IMG/VR virus record: IMGVR_UViG_3300010203_000019 | Location: 1-34,338 of that record | Reading direction: 5' to 3' (one strand) | Source: a virus | Lineage: Duplodnaviria > Caudoviricetes | Length of the DNA stretch: 34,338 bases | Part shown: positions 17,463-26,607 of the stretch, one piece after another | Layout of the letters: the number at the start of each line of letters is the position of its first letter | How positions within the stretch are numbered: position 1 is the first letter of the stretch | Translations under genes and position numbers: made by a program | Notes under the pieces: model-generated | What the model saw: only the letters and a program-made list of their open reading frames with translations | The model's database searches: none | Told to the model about the DNA's origin: nothing

Positions 17463-20400
17463 ATGGATCCATCGAGGCGCGCTCAAGCACCGGCCCCAAT
17501 CCCGGAAAATCGGCGTGTCGCCGACATCTACCGGCAGATCACGACGGCAGCCTACGGCACTCCGGTGCCGCTTCTCATTGGCCAACAGCGCATCCCCGCA
17601 ACCATTTTTCGAGACGGCCGCACTGCTGCCGTAGAGAACCAGGCGGTCATTCCGTCCGATGAGCGCGGAAAGGTGCTCTACGGGCTTTGCGAAGGGCCTG
17701 TGGCTGCGATCCCGACCATGTACGGGAACAATGATGGGAAGACCCGCCCTGGCTTCACGCCGGGGATTTCTGCGCATGTTACGCTTCCAATCCCGTACGT
17801 CGCAGTCAACGCCCCAACAGGGACCGATTCCCCGGATGACCTTTCGTTCGAGGGGTCCAGCGACGTGAACACCTCCGGCAGCGGATTGGGGGAATACCTG
17901 GTCACGGGGGCCCATAGCCATCAGGCGGCCGACGGAACCTCAGCGATCCACGAAGACGTCGTCGGCCTTCCTGCTGTTCTGGCGTCCGACTTCCATGTCT
18001 GCCTAACCGGATCTGGAGCCACCCTCGCGAGATGGATGGTGGTCTTCGATCGCTCCACGAACACGATCGCCGCCTACTTCAATGCCCTGGGCGGCCAAGG
18101 TGGTGACGCATCCTTTGTGCTCTGCAGCGGATCGGTGAACGCTGCGTTGAGGCCGTCCAGTACCGCGCAGGTCCAGCCCAGAGTCGCGGCTGTCGGTTCG
18201 ACGATCCATGTCGTCTGGTCGGTCCTGAGCAACACGGGGAGCGCGGTGCAGATCGCGCACGTGTGGACCACCAACGGCGGCGCCTCCTGGACGGCGGGGC
18301 AATCCCTGTCGCGACCGGATCTTGGTCACGCGACCGGAGTATGGCGCCTTTCTCTCGCGCTGCACGCGAGCGGTGAAGCCTGGGTGAGTTTTCACCGATA
18401 CACCGTTTGGAATGCTGAAACCACGGATTCGTGCAGCAAAGGTGTGGTCGTCGGATTTTTCCCGGCTACGGGGACTGGATCAACAAGCTGGGTCATCCCA
18501 ACTATCACACCGACGACAACACCTGCCACGACAGCAGGTGAATTGTGTGTTTTTTCAGATCCATCCATCGTCTCGATAAGCTCTGGTCTTCTATGGCGAA
18601 TCAGGGCGCCGTCGGTCCTTCCGCTTGGAAGCGGGAGAGCGTTGCTGTCCGTGGTCTACATGGATCGAAATGCTGCCATTTCTTGTCAGCTGTTGGTTTT
18701 GCCGATCGTGGCAGACACCGAAGTGCATTGGGATTTTCCTTCGGCAGCCTTTACGATGTGGGCGGACTATCCGGCGGGTGTTTCCAAGAACATCGCGAAC
18801 CTGCCGTGGGTCGTCGCCAACGGTTTTGCAGGCCAAGCCCTCGAGTACTTGCCGAGCACGTCGTTCGACAACCTGAACGACGCATCGACACAAATTGTCG
18901 CGACCGGATCCGGATCCTTTGGTGTGCTCGTCCTTGCTCGCCGCACCCTGTGGGGTAGCTACAACTCCACCATGATGGCGAACCACGCGATGGCGGGCCG
19001 CTGGGCGATGCCGTGGGGTTCCTGGAACGGCACGGCGATTTCCTGGGCCGTGGGCGTCTCGATGGCCTGGCAGGATGAAGGATTCTTGGCGCACGCCTTC
19101 TACAACGGGAACGGCCAGATGTACGTCGCAATGGGCAAGAGCGACGGCGACGAGAACCATCCCGACTACCGTGCGCGAAGCCTCGCCCTGTACGTGCTCA
19201 ATCCCGGGCAGTCCCAGTCGCTGCAGGTGTTCACCTACTCGCCAAGCACCGAGCTGGACGACTCGCTGCTCTACCAGTTCTATGCCCAAAACGGCACGCT
19301 CATCACCTCGGTTCGTGAAGACGAAAATCTCGACGGGAATTACACGGTCGGAATCCGTCAGGTCCGGCAGTTCGATGGATTTGGCGACGTCCTCCCATCG
19401 GTGATCGCCGAGCGCCTCTTGATCAACGACCTGCGCGGCCTGAACATCCCGAACCTCGTTTTTGATACTGCGACCTGGAATCAAACCGACAATTACTGTC
19501 GGGCCATGGGGATCAAGTTTTCCCTGGCTCTCACCAGCCAACAAGCGGCGTGGCCGTTGGTCTGCGACATCCTCGAATCTGCCAACGCGATGACCTACAT
19601 GTCGGAAGGGAAGCTCAAGGTCTACCCACGCGAGACCGCGCCCGTCACCGCGAACGGATCGACCTACACCCCGATGTGGAACACCGGTCTGGTGATTCCT
19701 ACGGAGCACCTGCGCGACGGGATTGCGATCGATCCCGAAGGCATCGACGCGTCGTGGAACTCTCTGCGTGTGAGCTGGAAGAATCGCTCCCGCGCCTACG
19801 CCGACGAGCCGTACCAGATCGACGACAGCGGATCGATCGCGCGCAAGAGCCGCATCCCCGGCAGCGCGATGGATTGGCCGTGGATCTGCATGCCGAACGT
19901 GGCGGCCGCGTGCGCTTGGCTCCGCATGCGACACCACAAGCGGACGGGCCGCGTCTACCGATTCGCCCTCGATCAGCGCTACATGCTTTTGGAGCTGGCC
20001 GACATCATCGCCATTTCGTCCGAGAAGTACCCGCAGCGTTGGGTACGGATTCTGTCCATCGAGGAGTCCAACGCGGGGTGGCGCGAGATGACCGCCGAAG
20101 ACGCGCCGATCGCGACATCCGTGGTCACGCCTCCAGCTGGTGGCAGCGGGTCGACGGGATCCAGCATCATCACGCCGACCCCGGTCAACCTCCCGATCCT
20201 GTTTGTTGCGATGATCGGTGGCGTGCTCATGGTCTGGGCGCTGCTATCGTGGCCGGCGCCTGGTCGCGGGTGCAGCATCTATCAATCGTGGACAGGAACT
20301 GACTGGTCGCAGGTCGGCAGCTGTACCACTCCAAGCCCCACCGGGCACCTGATCCAGGACATGGCACGGCTTCGCGTCCAGCCCGGTTTGCGGTGCCGTC

Positions 20401-20777
20401 CAGGGCTTCGCGTAGCCGTTGCCGACTTCGCCATGGGCGACTATTCCGAGAGCGGCCAGACGCCTCCTTTCCCGACCTGGGGGGATTGGCAGGCGGGCAA
20501 CCCCGGCGCGCTCCTGTGGGTGAACGGCGAGCTTTGTGCCTACGCCCTGGAATCCGACGACGATCGTCTGGCGTCGTGCTCGATGCTTCGCCGCGGACTC
20601 TACGGGACAGCGGTCGGCCAGCACCCGATTCTTTCCCGCGTGGGTGCCGTGACAGATTCTGCCTGGACATGGGCGGTGCCTCCCGGCCGCGCGGGCGCGA
20701 CCTGCTACTTCCGCTTCCCCGGCTTCGGTGAGGACGTCGCAAAGGTCGCCACCTACACCGTGGAGATTCCCGCATGA
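17463..20777 (+). CDS. Central tail tip/host-specificity protein (gpJ / GTA megatron-like)
   Basis: 1104 aa; AYGTPVPLLIG..RI, LCEGP, Phage-tail_3-like region (NSLRVSW..R..AY, LELADII), C-terminal L.VNGEL..Y...LRRGLYGT. Confidence 0.85.
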   Translation: MDPSRRAQAPAPIPENRRVADIYRQITTAAYGTPVPLLIGQQRIPATIFRDGRTAAVENQAVIPSDERGKVLYGLCEGPVAAIPTMYGNNDGKTRPGFTPGISAHVTLPIPYVAVNAPTGTDSPDDLSFEGSSDVNTSGSGLGEYLVTGAHSHQAADGTSAIHEDVVGLPAVLASDFHVCLTGSGATLARWMVVFDRSTNTIAAYFNALGGQGGDASFVLCSGSVNAALRPSSTAQVQPRVAAVGSTIHVVWSVLSNTGSAVQIAHVWTTNGGASWTAGQSLSRPDLGHATGVWRLSLALHASGEAWVSFHRYTVWNAETTDSCSKGVVVGFFPATGTGSTSWVIPTITPTTTPATTAGELCVFSDPSIVSISSGLLWRIRAPSVLPLGSGRALLSVVYMDRNAAISCQLLVLPIVADTEVHWDFPSAAFTMWADYPAGVSKNIANLPWVVANGFAGQALEYLPSTSFDNLNDASTQIVATGSGSFGVLVLARRTLWGSYNSTMMANHAMAGRWAMPWGSWNGTAISWAVGVSMAWQDEGFLAHAFYNGNGQMYVAMGKSDGDENHPDYRARSLALYVLNPGQSQSLQVFTYSPSTELDDSLLYQFYAQNGTLITSVREDENLDGNYTVGIRQVRQFDGFGDVLPSVIAERLLINDLRGLNIPNLVFDTATWNQTDNYCRAMGIKFSLALTSQQAAWPLVCDILESANAMTYMSEGKLKVYPRETAPVTANGSTYTPMWNTGLVIPTEHLRDGIAIDPEGIDASWNSLRVSWKNRSRAYADEPYQIDDSGSIARKSRIPGSAMDWPWICMPNVAAACAWLRMRHHKRTGRVYRFALDQRYMLLELADIIAISSEKYPQRWVRILSIEESNAGWREMTAEDAPIATSVVTPPAGGSGSTGSSIITPTPVNLPILFVAMIGGVLMVWALLSWPAPGRGCSIYQSWTGTDWSQVGSCTTPSPTGHLIQDMARLRVQPGLRCRPGLRVAVADFAMGDYSESGQTPPFPTWGDWQAGNPGALLWVNGELCAYALESDDDRLASCSMLRRGLYGTAVGQHPILSRVGAVTDSAWTWAVPPGRAGATCYFRFPGFGEDVAKVATYTVEIPA

Positions 20778-22990
20778 GCCTGGACGCCTACATCCCACTG
20801 GTGTGGGTGGACTACGCCGATTCGCCCGACCTTTCCGCCGCGAACCTCAATCACCTGGAACAGGGAATCAAGGCGGTCACCGACGAGCTGCTGGCGTTCG
20901 AAGCGTCATGGGTTGCGGCCTTCCAGCCGATCTCGGCCGAGTTGACGGCTGTGGCCGGGATCTCGACGACAGGATATGTCAAGCGCACCGGATCGGCGGC
21001 GTGGACCACTACCGCGTCGATCCCGGTCGCCGACATCTCCGGCGTGCTGCCGGTCGCGAATGGCGGAACGGGGCAGTCGTCCTACACGGCGGGCGATCTG
21101 CTCTACGCGTCCAGCTCGACGGCGTTGGCGCGGCTCCCCGATGTGGCGACAGGAAATGTCCTACGCTCGGGTGGCGTGGGCGCGGCCCCGGCGTGGGGGA
21201 AGGTGTCGCTGGCGTCCGATGTGTCGGGCACGCTGCAGGCTGCGCAGTTCCCGGCGCTGACCGGAGATGTGACGACGTCGGCGGGTGGATTGTCGACGAC
21301 CTTGGCGAGCATCATCGCGGCGGCGGGGCCGGTTGGCGGTGGCGCGACAGTTCCTGTCATCACGTACGACGCCAAGGGGCGCTTGACGGCGGTCTCCACC
21401 GCGTCGATCACGCCTGCGGGGATTGGTGCGCTTCCTGCATCCGGCGGCTTGACCAACAAGCTCGCGAAGTGGACCAGCTCGAGCACGCTCTCGTCCGGCA
21501 TCATCACCGACGATGGCGACTGGATCTACGCGGATCCCGGCGTTTCCTCTGGCGGCCGATTCAAGGCGCGAGCTTCGATCGGGAAGGCCCAATTTGTAGG
21601 GAACACCCCGGGCGACTGGTGGGGGATCGGCTCTTACTCGTCAGGAATTGTCCAGATCGGGCACTGCAGTTCCGACGGCGTCTGGCTCGGGAATGCGTTT
21701 TCCTTCGTGGTCCAGGGGAGCTTCGGTGTAACCGGAAATATCTCTGCGAATGGTGCCGTGGATGGTGGGCTCTCGCGGATGCAGACGTCCGCCATTTCCG
21801 CGACCCAGGCTTGGTTTGGTTATGCGGGTCTCAACACCGCGGGGGCCTATCGAGGGTTTTACGCCGGGAGCGGTGGCGATCTTAGGATTGCATCCGCTGG
21901 CGGCACGTCAGTCAGCATCGGCACAGGCGCATCGTACAACGCATTGGTGGTATCCGATACCGCCGTCACGCTTGCGAACCCTTTGTCGGGAACCTCGGCG
22001 GCATTTTCCGGCGCTCTCACCGTTGGGGCATCTACAGCCATGCTCAAGCGTGTTTCCGGAGTCCTGACGGACGCTGTCTCCGGAACGGATTACCTGCCCT
22101 GGGGGAGCGCGACAGGAACTGTCGATCTGGCAAACGTAAACAGTCGGGTCGCGGGCGTTTACGCGCTGAACGGAACGACATGGGGAAATGCTCCATCAGG
22201 GATTCTGAACAGTTCCGACGCGCTCCTTTTGCAGTCTCACGTCGCTTCGAGTGGGGTCATGCTCCAGATCCTGAGCAACCACCAATCGTATTCCGATGGG
22301 AATTTGTGGTTTCGGCGATCAGCGTCCACAAGCGGCACTGGTGGCACCTGGTTCAAGGTTTGGCATGATGGGAATTTGAGCGCGAGCACCCTGCCTGGAG
22401 GCCCGTACATCCCGTTGGCCGGTGGCGTAGTCGTTTCTGGTTTCTTGAACATGTACGCCGATATCTACGTCAACGCTGGACACAGGCTGCGTTGCGCAAA
22501 TTGGTACACGACAGATTCTGGCATCTTTTCTACGAGCAGTTCGTTCGTTTTTGATTCTGGTACCACTGTTGCCATGCAGTCGGCCGAGATCAACGGGACT
22601 GCGTCCATCTTTGCGGCAAACATCGGCGCGCTAAGCGTGTCCAGCTCCGTGGTAGCATCGAGCGCGTCGTTCTCCGCTCCTGCCGCAACAAGCCCAGGGT
22701 ATGGGCCTGATATTCTGACGATCACGTGGTCGGCTCCGGTCATTTTTCTGGATTCGCACTCCACGAAGTTTCGGCAGTACATCCTTCCGACATCGTCTGT
22801 TGCGCGCACGGTCACGCTGATTTTTGGGCCATCCGCTTCGGCAAATCCTGCGATGGTGTACATGAGCGGCTCGGAAGTCATCTACGACAAGGGTGGAAAC
22901 TTGGTCTGCAGCGCGTCGACGGTCATGCAGAGATGGGGCGCGATGACGATTCGCAAGGACACGGGATCGACCATCTGGTACGAGATCTGA
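20774..22990 (+). CDS. Tail fibre / receptor-binding protein
   Basis: 738 aa Gly/Ser/Thr/Ala-rich; LSAANLNHLEQGI anchor, GVLPVANGGTG and ITYDAKGRLT fibre motifs, pyocin-knob-like segment (GVY...NAP...LWFR...W.KVWHDGN). Confidence 0.85.
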   Translation: MSLDAYIPLVWVDYADSPDLSAANLNHLEQGIKAVTDELLAFEASWVAAFQPISAELTAVAGISTTGYVKRTGSAAWTTTASIPVADISGVLPVANGGTGQSSYTAGDLLYASSSTALARLPDVATGNVLRSGGVGAAPAWGKVSLASDVSGTLQAAQFPALTGDVTTSAGGLSTTLASIIAAAGPVGGGATVPVITYDAKGRLTAVSTASITPAGIGALPASGGLTNKLAKWTSSSTLSSGIITDDGDWIYADPGVSSGGRFKARASIGKAQFVGNTPGDWWGIGSYSSGIVQIGHCSSDGVWLGNAFSFVVQGSFGVTGNISANGAVDGGLSRMQTSAISATQAWFGYAGLNTAGAYRGFYAGSGGDLRIASAGGTSVSIGTGASYNALVVSDTAVTLANPLSGTSAAFSGALTVGASTAMLKRVSGVLTDAVSGTDYLPWGSATGTVDLANVNSRVAGVYALNGTTWGNAPSGILNSSDALLLQSHVASSGVMLQILSNHQSYSDGNLWFRRSASTSGTGGTWFKVWHDGNLSASTLPGGPYIPLAGGVVVSGFLNMYADIYVNAGHRLRCANWYTTDSGIFSTSSSFVFDSGTTVAMQSAEINGTASIFAANIGALSVSSSVVASSASFSAPAATSPGYGPDILTITWSAPVIFLDSHSTKFRQYILPTSSVARTVTLIFGPSASANPAMVYMSGSEVIYDKGGNLVCSASTVMQRWGAMTIRKDTGSTIWYEI

Positions 22991-22995
22991 GCGCC

Positions 22996-23035
22996 TAACC
23001 CGGACAGGATTTGCCCGACGATTTCGCGCCACCTT
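22996..23035 (+). promoter_or_regulatory. Putative phage late promoter, copy 4 (upstream of the lysis-side operon)
   Basis: TAACCCGGACA 22996-23006, CACCTT 23030-23035, same 23-nt spacer. Confidence 0.68.
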
Positions 23036-23039
23036 CATC

Positions 23040-23336
23040 ATGGAACCAATCCGATCCATGAACAAGGGGTGCCACGTGGCGAAAGTCGCTTTTCAGGTCT
23101 TGATCGACGAAGACAAAGCGCAGATCCTGCAGGACGCTGCGGACATCCAGGGCATCCCTGCTGGGAGCCTGCTGGACAACGGCGCATCGCCCGACTCGAT
23201 CGTCAACGACCAGATCAATCAGTCGATGTGGAGGCTCCGCCAAAGCGGCGTGATTCCTGTCGAGATCAAGGCCGAAATCTCCGCGTTCGCTGCCTCCAAG
23301 GTCGCCGAGCGCAAGGCCGCGGGTGCCGCCGCATGA
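23040..23336 (+). CDS. Hypothetical protein (alternative GTG start at 23076)
   Basis: Good codon usage; AAGGGG upstream of GTG 23076; ATGA overlap with the next gene. Confidence 0.6.
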   Translation: MEPIRSMNKGCHVAKVAFQVLIDEDKAQILQDAADIQGIPAGSLLDNGASPDSIVNDQINQSMWRLRQSGVIPVEIKAEISAFAASKVAERKAAGAAA

Positions 23337-23743
23337 GTGCCACCGAGGTCACCCGCAAGCTGCCCTACGGAAGGGCTTTGATCCTGGTCGGGCTGATCCG
23401 CATTACCCCGGCAAGCGTCCCCGGAGGGCTATTTCGGCTCCAGATCATTGATAAGGTGCGCAGCATCGAAGCGAGCTTTTCCGATGCGATGAAGAGTGAT
23501 CGGAAACAGATGGTGGAGCTGACCGTCAACCGTGAGCACCTTGGCGCAGTCAAGCTGGCCCTATTGGAGCTGTGGGGCGGCCAGAACTCCAACGGTGGAA
23601 TCCAAGAGCAGATCGCGGACGTTTCGGGAGCGGGTGGGCTCAAGATCTGGGACAAGCACATCGTTCCATTTCTTCCCAAGGAAGAAGTTCCCGCCTTGGC
23701 CGAACTCGACGACGAACCTTCGTTGACGGATTCTGACGACTGA
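23333..23743 (+). CDS. Hypothetical protein, possibly a fibre chaperone
   Basis: MSATEVTRKLPYGRAL..., 136 aa with acidic tail; coupled on both sides. Confidence 0.6.
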   Translation: MSATEVTRKLPYGRALILVGLIRITPASVPGGLFRLQIIDKVRSIEASFSDAMKSDRKQMVELTVNREHLGAVKLALLELWGGQNSNGGIQEQIADVSGAGGLKIWDKHIVPFLPKEEVPALAELDDEPSLTDSDD

Positions 23744-24048
23744 TGGTCGTCGTGATCACACCAGGCGTCGTCTTCGGCGCAATTGGCGCGTGCGCGACCC
23801 TATGTGTCGGCGCCTTCACGCTTGGCAACCTGCAGTGGTACCGGCGCTCCGAAGGCACCACGCTCGAGAAGACCGTGGAGGTCTTGGCCAGGTCTCTGGA
23901 TAGCGTGGCCAAGGCGTTGCAAGGCGTGACCGATCTGCGCGGCGAAGTCCGCAGCGGGTTGGAGCGCGTCCACGAACGGATTGACAAGAACTCTCAGGAA
24001 ATTGCCCATCTCACTGGTGTTTGCAGCCAGGCAAAAAAGGATCACTGA
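23743..24048 (+). CDS. Membrane-anchored coiled-coil protein (holin-like)
   Basis: One N-terminal hydrophobic helix followed by a heptad-like region, typical of genes next to phage lysis cassettes. Confidence 0.55.
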   Translation: MVVVITPGVVFGAIGACATLCVGAFTLGNLQWYRRSEGTTLEKTVEVLARSLDSVAKALQGVTDLRGEVRSGLERVHERIDKNSQEIAHLTGVCSQAKKDH

Positions 24049-25454
24049 TGCGCAGAGTCTATCCGTTCCCGAATGGAGTGAACCAACAGATCTCGCTCGC
24101 GCCTGCGAAGATCTACACCATCGCGAACCCCGCCGACCGCTTCGAGCTGGCAGGCGAGCCGGACGAATGGCTGCAGTGCCAGCGGACGGGGCAGGTGTGG
24201 CGCTGGTTGAACGATGCGTGGACGCCGGATCCGATCAGACCGGAAGGCAACTACGGCTTGGCCATCGTCGGCACGAGCAACGGCTATCGTGGACCGCATC
24301 CTGGAATCCTCCAGTCTGCGAGTGAGTTTGCTGGCGACTGGAGTTTGAGCGGCTTGTCCAATGGGACTGCCTCCTGGGGTTACACCCTGTCGCACACGGC
24401 GCTTCCGTTCCTGGCTAACTGGAGCGTTTCCGGGTCGTACATCGCGGACCAGGAAGCGCAAATGGTGAAGGCTCGAGCTGCGATGCCCTCCCATCTGCTG
24501 TTCTTCGTCAGCTCCAACGACATTTACGGCGCGACCACGTTTGAGGCCCTTTGGGCGACTCTGCGTGGATGGGCTACGGAGGTTCTGGGTTGGGGCGGCA
24601 CCCCTATCATGGTGATCCCGTTTGCTCGGGCAACAACCACGGCTGCCCAGGTGACCAAGCTGCTCAAATTCAAAGCTGCGATCTTGGATTTTTGCGCCAA
24701 GTCGGTAGCGCCGTGCTACGCGATCGACGCTCTAGGCATCGTTGCTCAGCCTGGTAGTGCAACGCTGGCCCCCAAAACGGGATACCTGGACACGGATGGT
24801 ATCCACTTGTCGCCCAGAGGCGCCCAGGCCACAGGTATCGCCCTGGCCGACCTGCTCGTCAGGATCGCTCCTGTCCGCCCAGAGGTGTATCCGACAATCG
24901 GCTATGAAACCGATACAGCCGGCGACGAGTTGGTGCAGAATCCTCAATTGGCAGGCACCAACGGGTCTCTTCCAACAAACTGGACGGCACCCATCACCGG
25001 GGCCGGAGTCGCCACATACTCCAATGTTGTTCGACCGAATGGGCACAACGCTCTCCGCATTTCGTTTGCGGCTGCTGCGGCTGGCGACAGCATCCAATTC
25101 CAGCAGGGATCTGTTCCAGGTCGCATCCCCGCTGGAGCCTGGGCGACCGCTGGAATCAAAGTGACCATCGTGTCTGGTGGCCAGTATTTGCGCGTCTGTC
25201 AGCCCTACCTGGGCATCAGCACAGGAGACGCCACCAAAGCGCAAGCCCTTCAGCCTCCCGCTTCATCCACCAACCAAACCGCCTGGGATCTACTGGACGG
25301 GAAGTCGTTTTGGCCTGAGACGGGGCGGTTCCAAAAGGTTGACGCGGTCGGGTCGCGATTCGGTGTTGTCTTGACCGCATTCGCCGCTGGCACCTTTGTG
25401 GTTGAGCTGGAGGCACCGTATTGCAAGCTGTCCGCAGATGGATGGCCCAGGTGA
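24048..25454 (+). CDS. SGNH/GDSL-family esterase with C-terminal carbohydrate-binding-like beta domain
   Basis: Blocks IVGTSN (Ser), SVSG, SSND and DGIHLS; C-terminal NPQLAGTNG..P..W jelly-roll-like region. Confidence 0.8.
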   Translation: MRRVYPFPNGVNQQISLAPAKIYTIANPADRFELAGEPDEWLQCQRTGQVWRWLNDAWTPDPIRPEGNYGLAIVGTSNGYRGPHPGILQSASEFAGDWSLSGLSNGTASWGYTLSHTALPFLANWSVSGSYIADQEAQMVKARAAMPSHLLFFVSSNDIYGATTFEALWATLRGWATEVLGWGGTPIMVIPFARATTTAAQVTKLLKFKAAILDFCAKSVAPCYAIDALGIVAQPGSATLAPKTGYLDTDGIHLSPRGAQATGIALADLLVRIAPVRPEVYPTIGYETDTAGDELVQNPQLAGTNGSLPTNWTAPITGAGVATYSNVVRPNGHNALRISFAAAAAGDSIQFQQGSVPGRIPAGAWATAGIKVTIVSGGQYLRVCQPYLGISTGDATKAQALQPPASSTNQTAWDLLDGKSFWPETGRFQKVDAVGSRFGVVLTAFAAGTFVVELEAPYCKLSADGWPR

Positions 25455-25885
25455 CCTACCTCCCTCGCCACTTCGCGCCCCACGAACTCCTGCCCGGCCT
25501 CTCCGGTCTGGAGACGTGGGCCACGCTCGACCCGGTGCAGCGTGCCAAGCTCGCCGACTCCCTCCTGGAGACGTGCGACGACGTGCGCGATCTCCTGGGT
25601 GTTCCGTGCACCGTCAACGACTACGCGACGGGCGGTGACCGGCAGTGGTGCGGCTACCGCTCTCCCGCATGCACGATCGGTGCGCCGAAGTCGCAGCACC
25701 GGCTGGGCCGTGCCGCTGACCTGCATCCGGTGGGTATGACGGCCGACCAGGCACGCGACAAGATCCGTCAGGCGGTGGCGTCGGGTCACCTCCCGTACCT
25801 GGGCGGGATCGAGCTCGGCGTGTCATGGCTGCACATCGATGTCCGCCCTCGCGTGGACGGAAAGGTCTTGGAATTCCATGCGTAA
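25451..25885 (+). CDS. Endolysin, Peptidase M15 family Zn metallopeptidase
   Basis: GYRSP, SQH..GRAAD and WLHID Zn-binding motifs; GTGA overlap. Confidence 0.88.
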   Translation: MTYLPRHFAPHELLPGLSGLETWATLDPVQRAKLADSLLETCDDVRDLLGVPCTVNDYATGGDRQWCGYRSPACTIGAPKSQHRLGRAADLHPVGMTADQARDKIRQAVASGHLPYLGGIELGVSWLHIDVRPRVDGKVLEFHA

Positions 25886-26096
25886 AACTCTCCACGCTGC
25901 ATTCCTTCGTCGTTGGCGCGATCGCGCCGCCGCTGCCCTTGTTGGCGCTGTCGCTCTGGTGCCCATGGGTCTCCCTCGCGAGGTTGCGCAGTGGTTCGCG
26001 GATCAGTTCCCATGGGCGCCCTCCTGGCTGCATTGGGCGCTTGCGCTGGCCTTGGCCGCGTGGAGGCTGTCGGCCGCATCGAAGGCCGTCCGATGA
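25878..26096 (+). CDS. Putative holin
   Basis: 72 aa with two hydrophobic segments and basic ends, directly after the endolysin. Confidence 0.55.
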   Translation: MRKTLHAAFLRRWRDRAAAALVGAVALVPMGLPREVAQWFADQFPWAPSWLHWALALALAAWRLSAASKAVR

Positions 26097-26607
26097 TCCG
26101 GCGCACGCTTTACGCCTTGATCTTGGCTCTGGCTGCGTTCGTCGTCGGAGCATTCCTGGGGCGCTCTCCCGTCCCGCCCCTTGATGCGCGCCCTCACGTC
26201 GTCCGCGACTCGGTGGACAGTTCCTGGCGTCACCAGCTGGTCAAGCACGACACCTTCGTGCACTTCGTCCGCGTGGCCTCCGCTGACACGCTGGGGCCAT
26301 CCTACGTGACAGGGCAAGGCGACCGCCCATGTTCATCCACGACACGATTTTGGCCGACACGATGACCACGGGGGAGGATGCCGGATCCTCTGAACCGTGC
26401 GAGGTCGCCATTTCCTGTCAAGAGGCGCGGAGGCTTGTGCTTCGGGATTCCGCGTCCATGCTCCTGATCGACTCGCTGCGTGGCGCCGTGGTCATCTCGC
26501 AGGCCGAGCGGGATTCCATAGCGACCGCCTGCCGGCCCCGTACGCCGTGGAGTGCTGCGGGGATTGGCTTCGCAGCTGGTTTGGCTGTTTGCGCGGTGCT
26601 GCGATGA
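26093..26607 (+). pseudogene. Spanin-like membrane protein split by a single -1 frame change at GGGG 26293-26296
   Basis: ORFs 26093-26365 and 26329-26607 fuse into a 171-aa protein with N- and C-terminal hydrophobic segments if one G is added; both halves share HDT/RDS motifs. Confidence 0.5.

Noticed and set aside
13810-20777. Gene transfer agent
   Set aside because: GTA-like tail tip genes are present, but so are replication, recombination, methylase and lysis genes and a long TMP, consistent with a true phage
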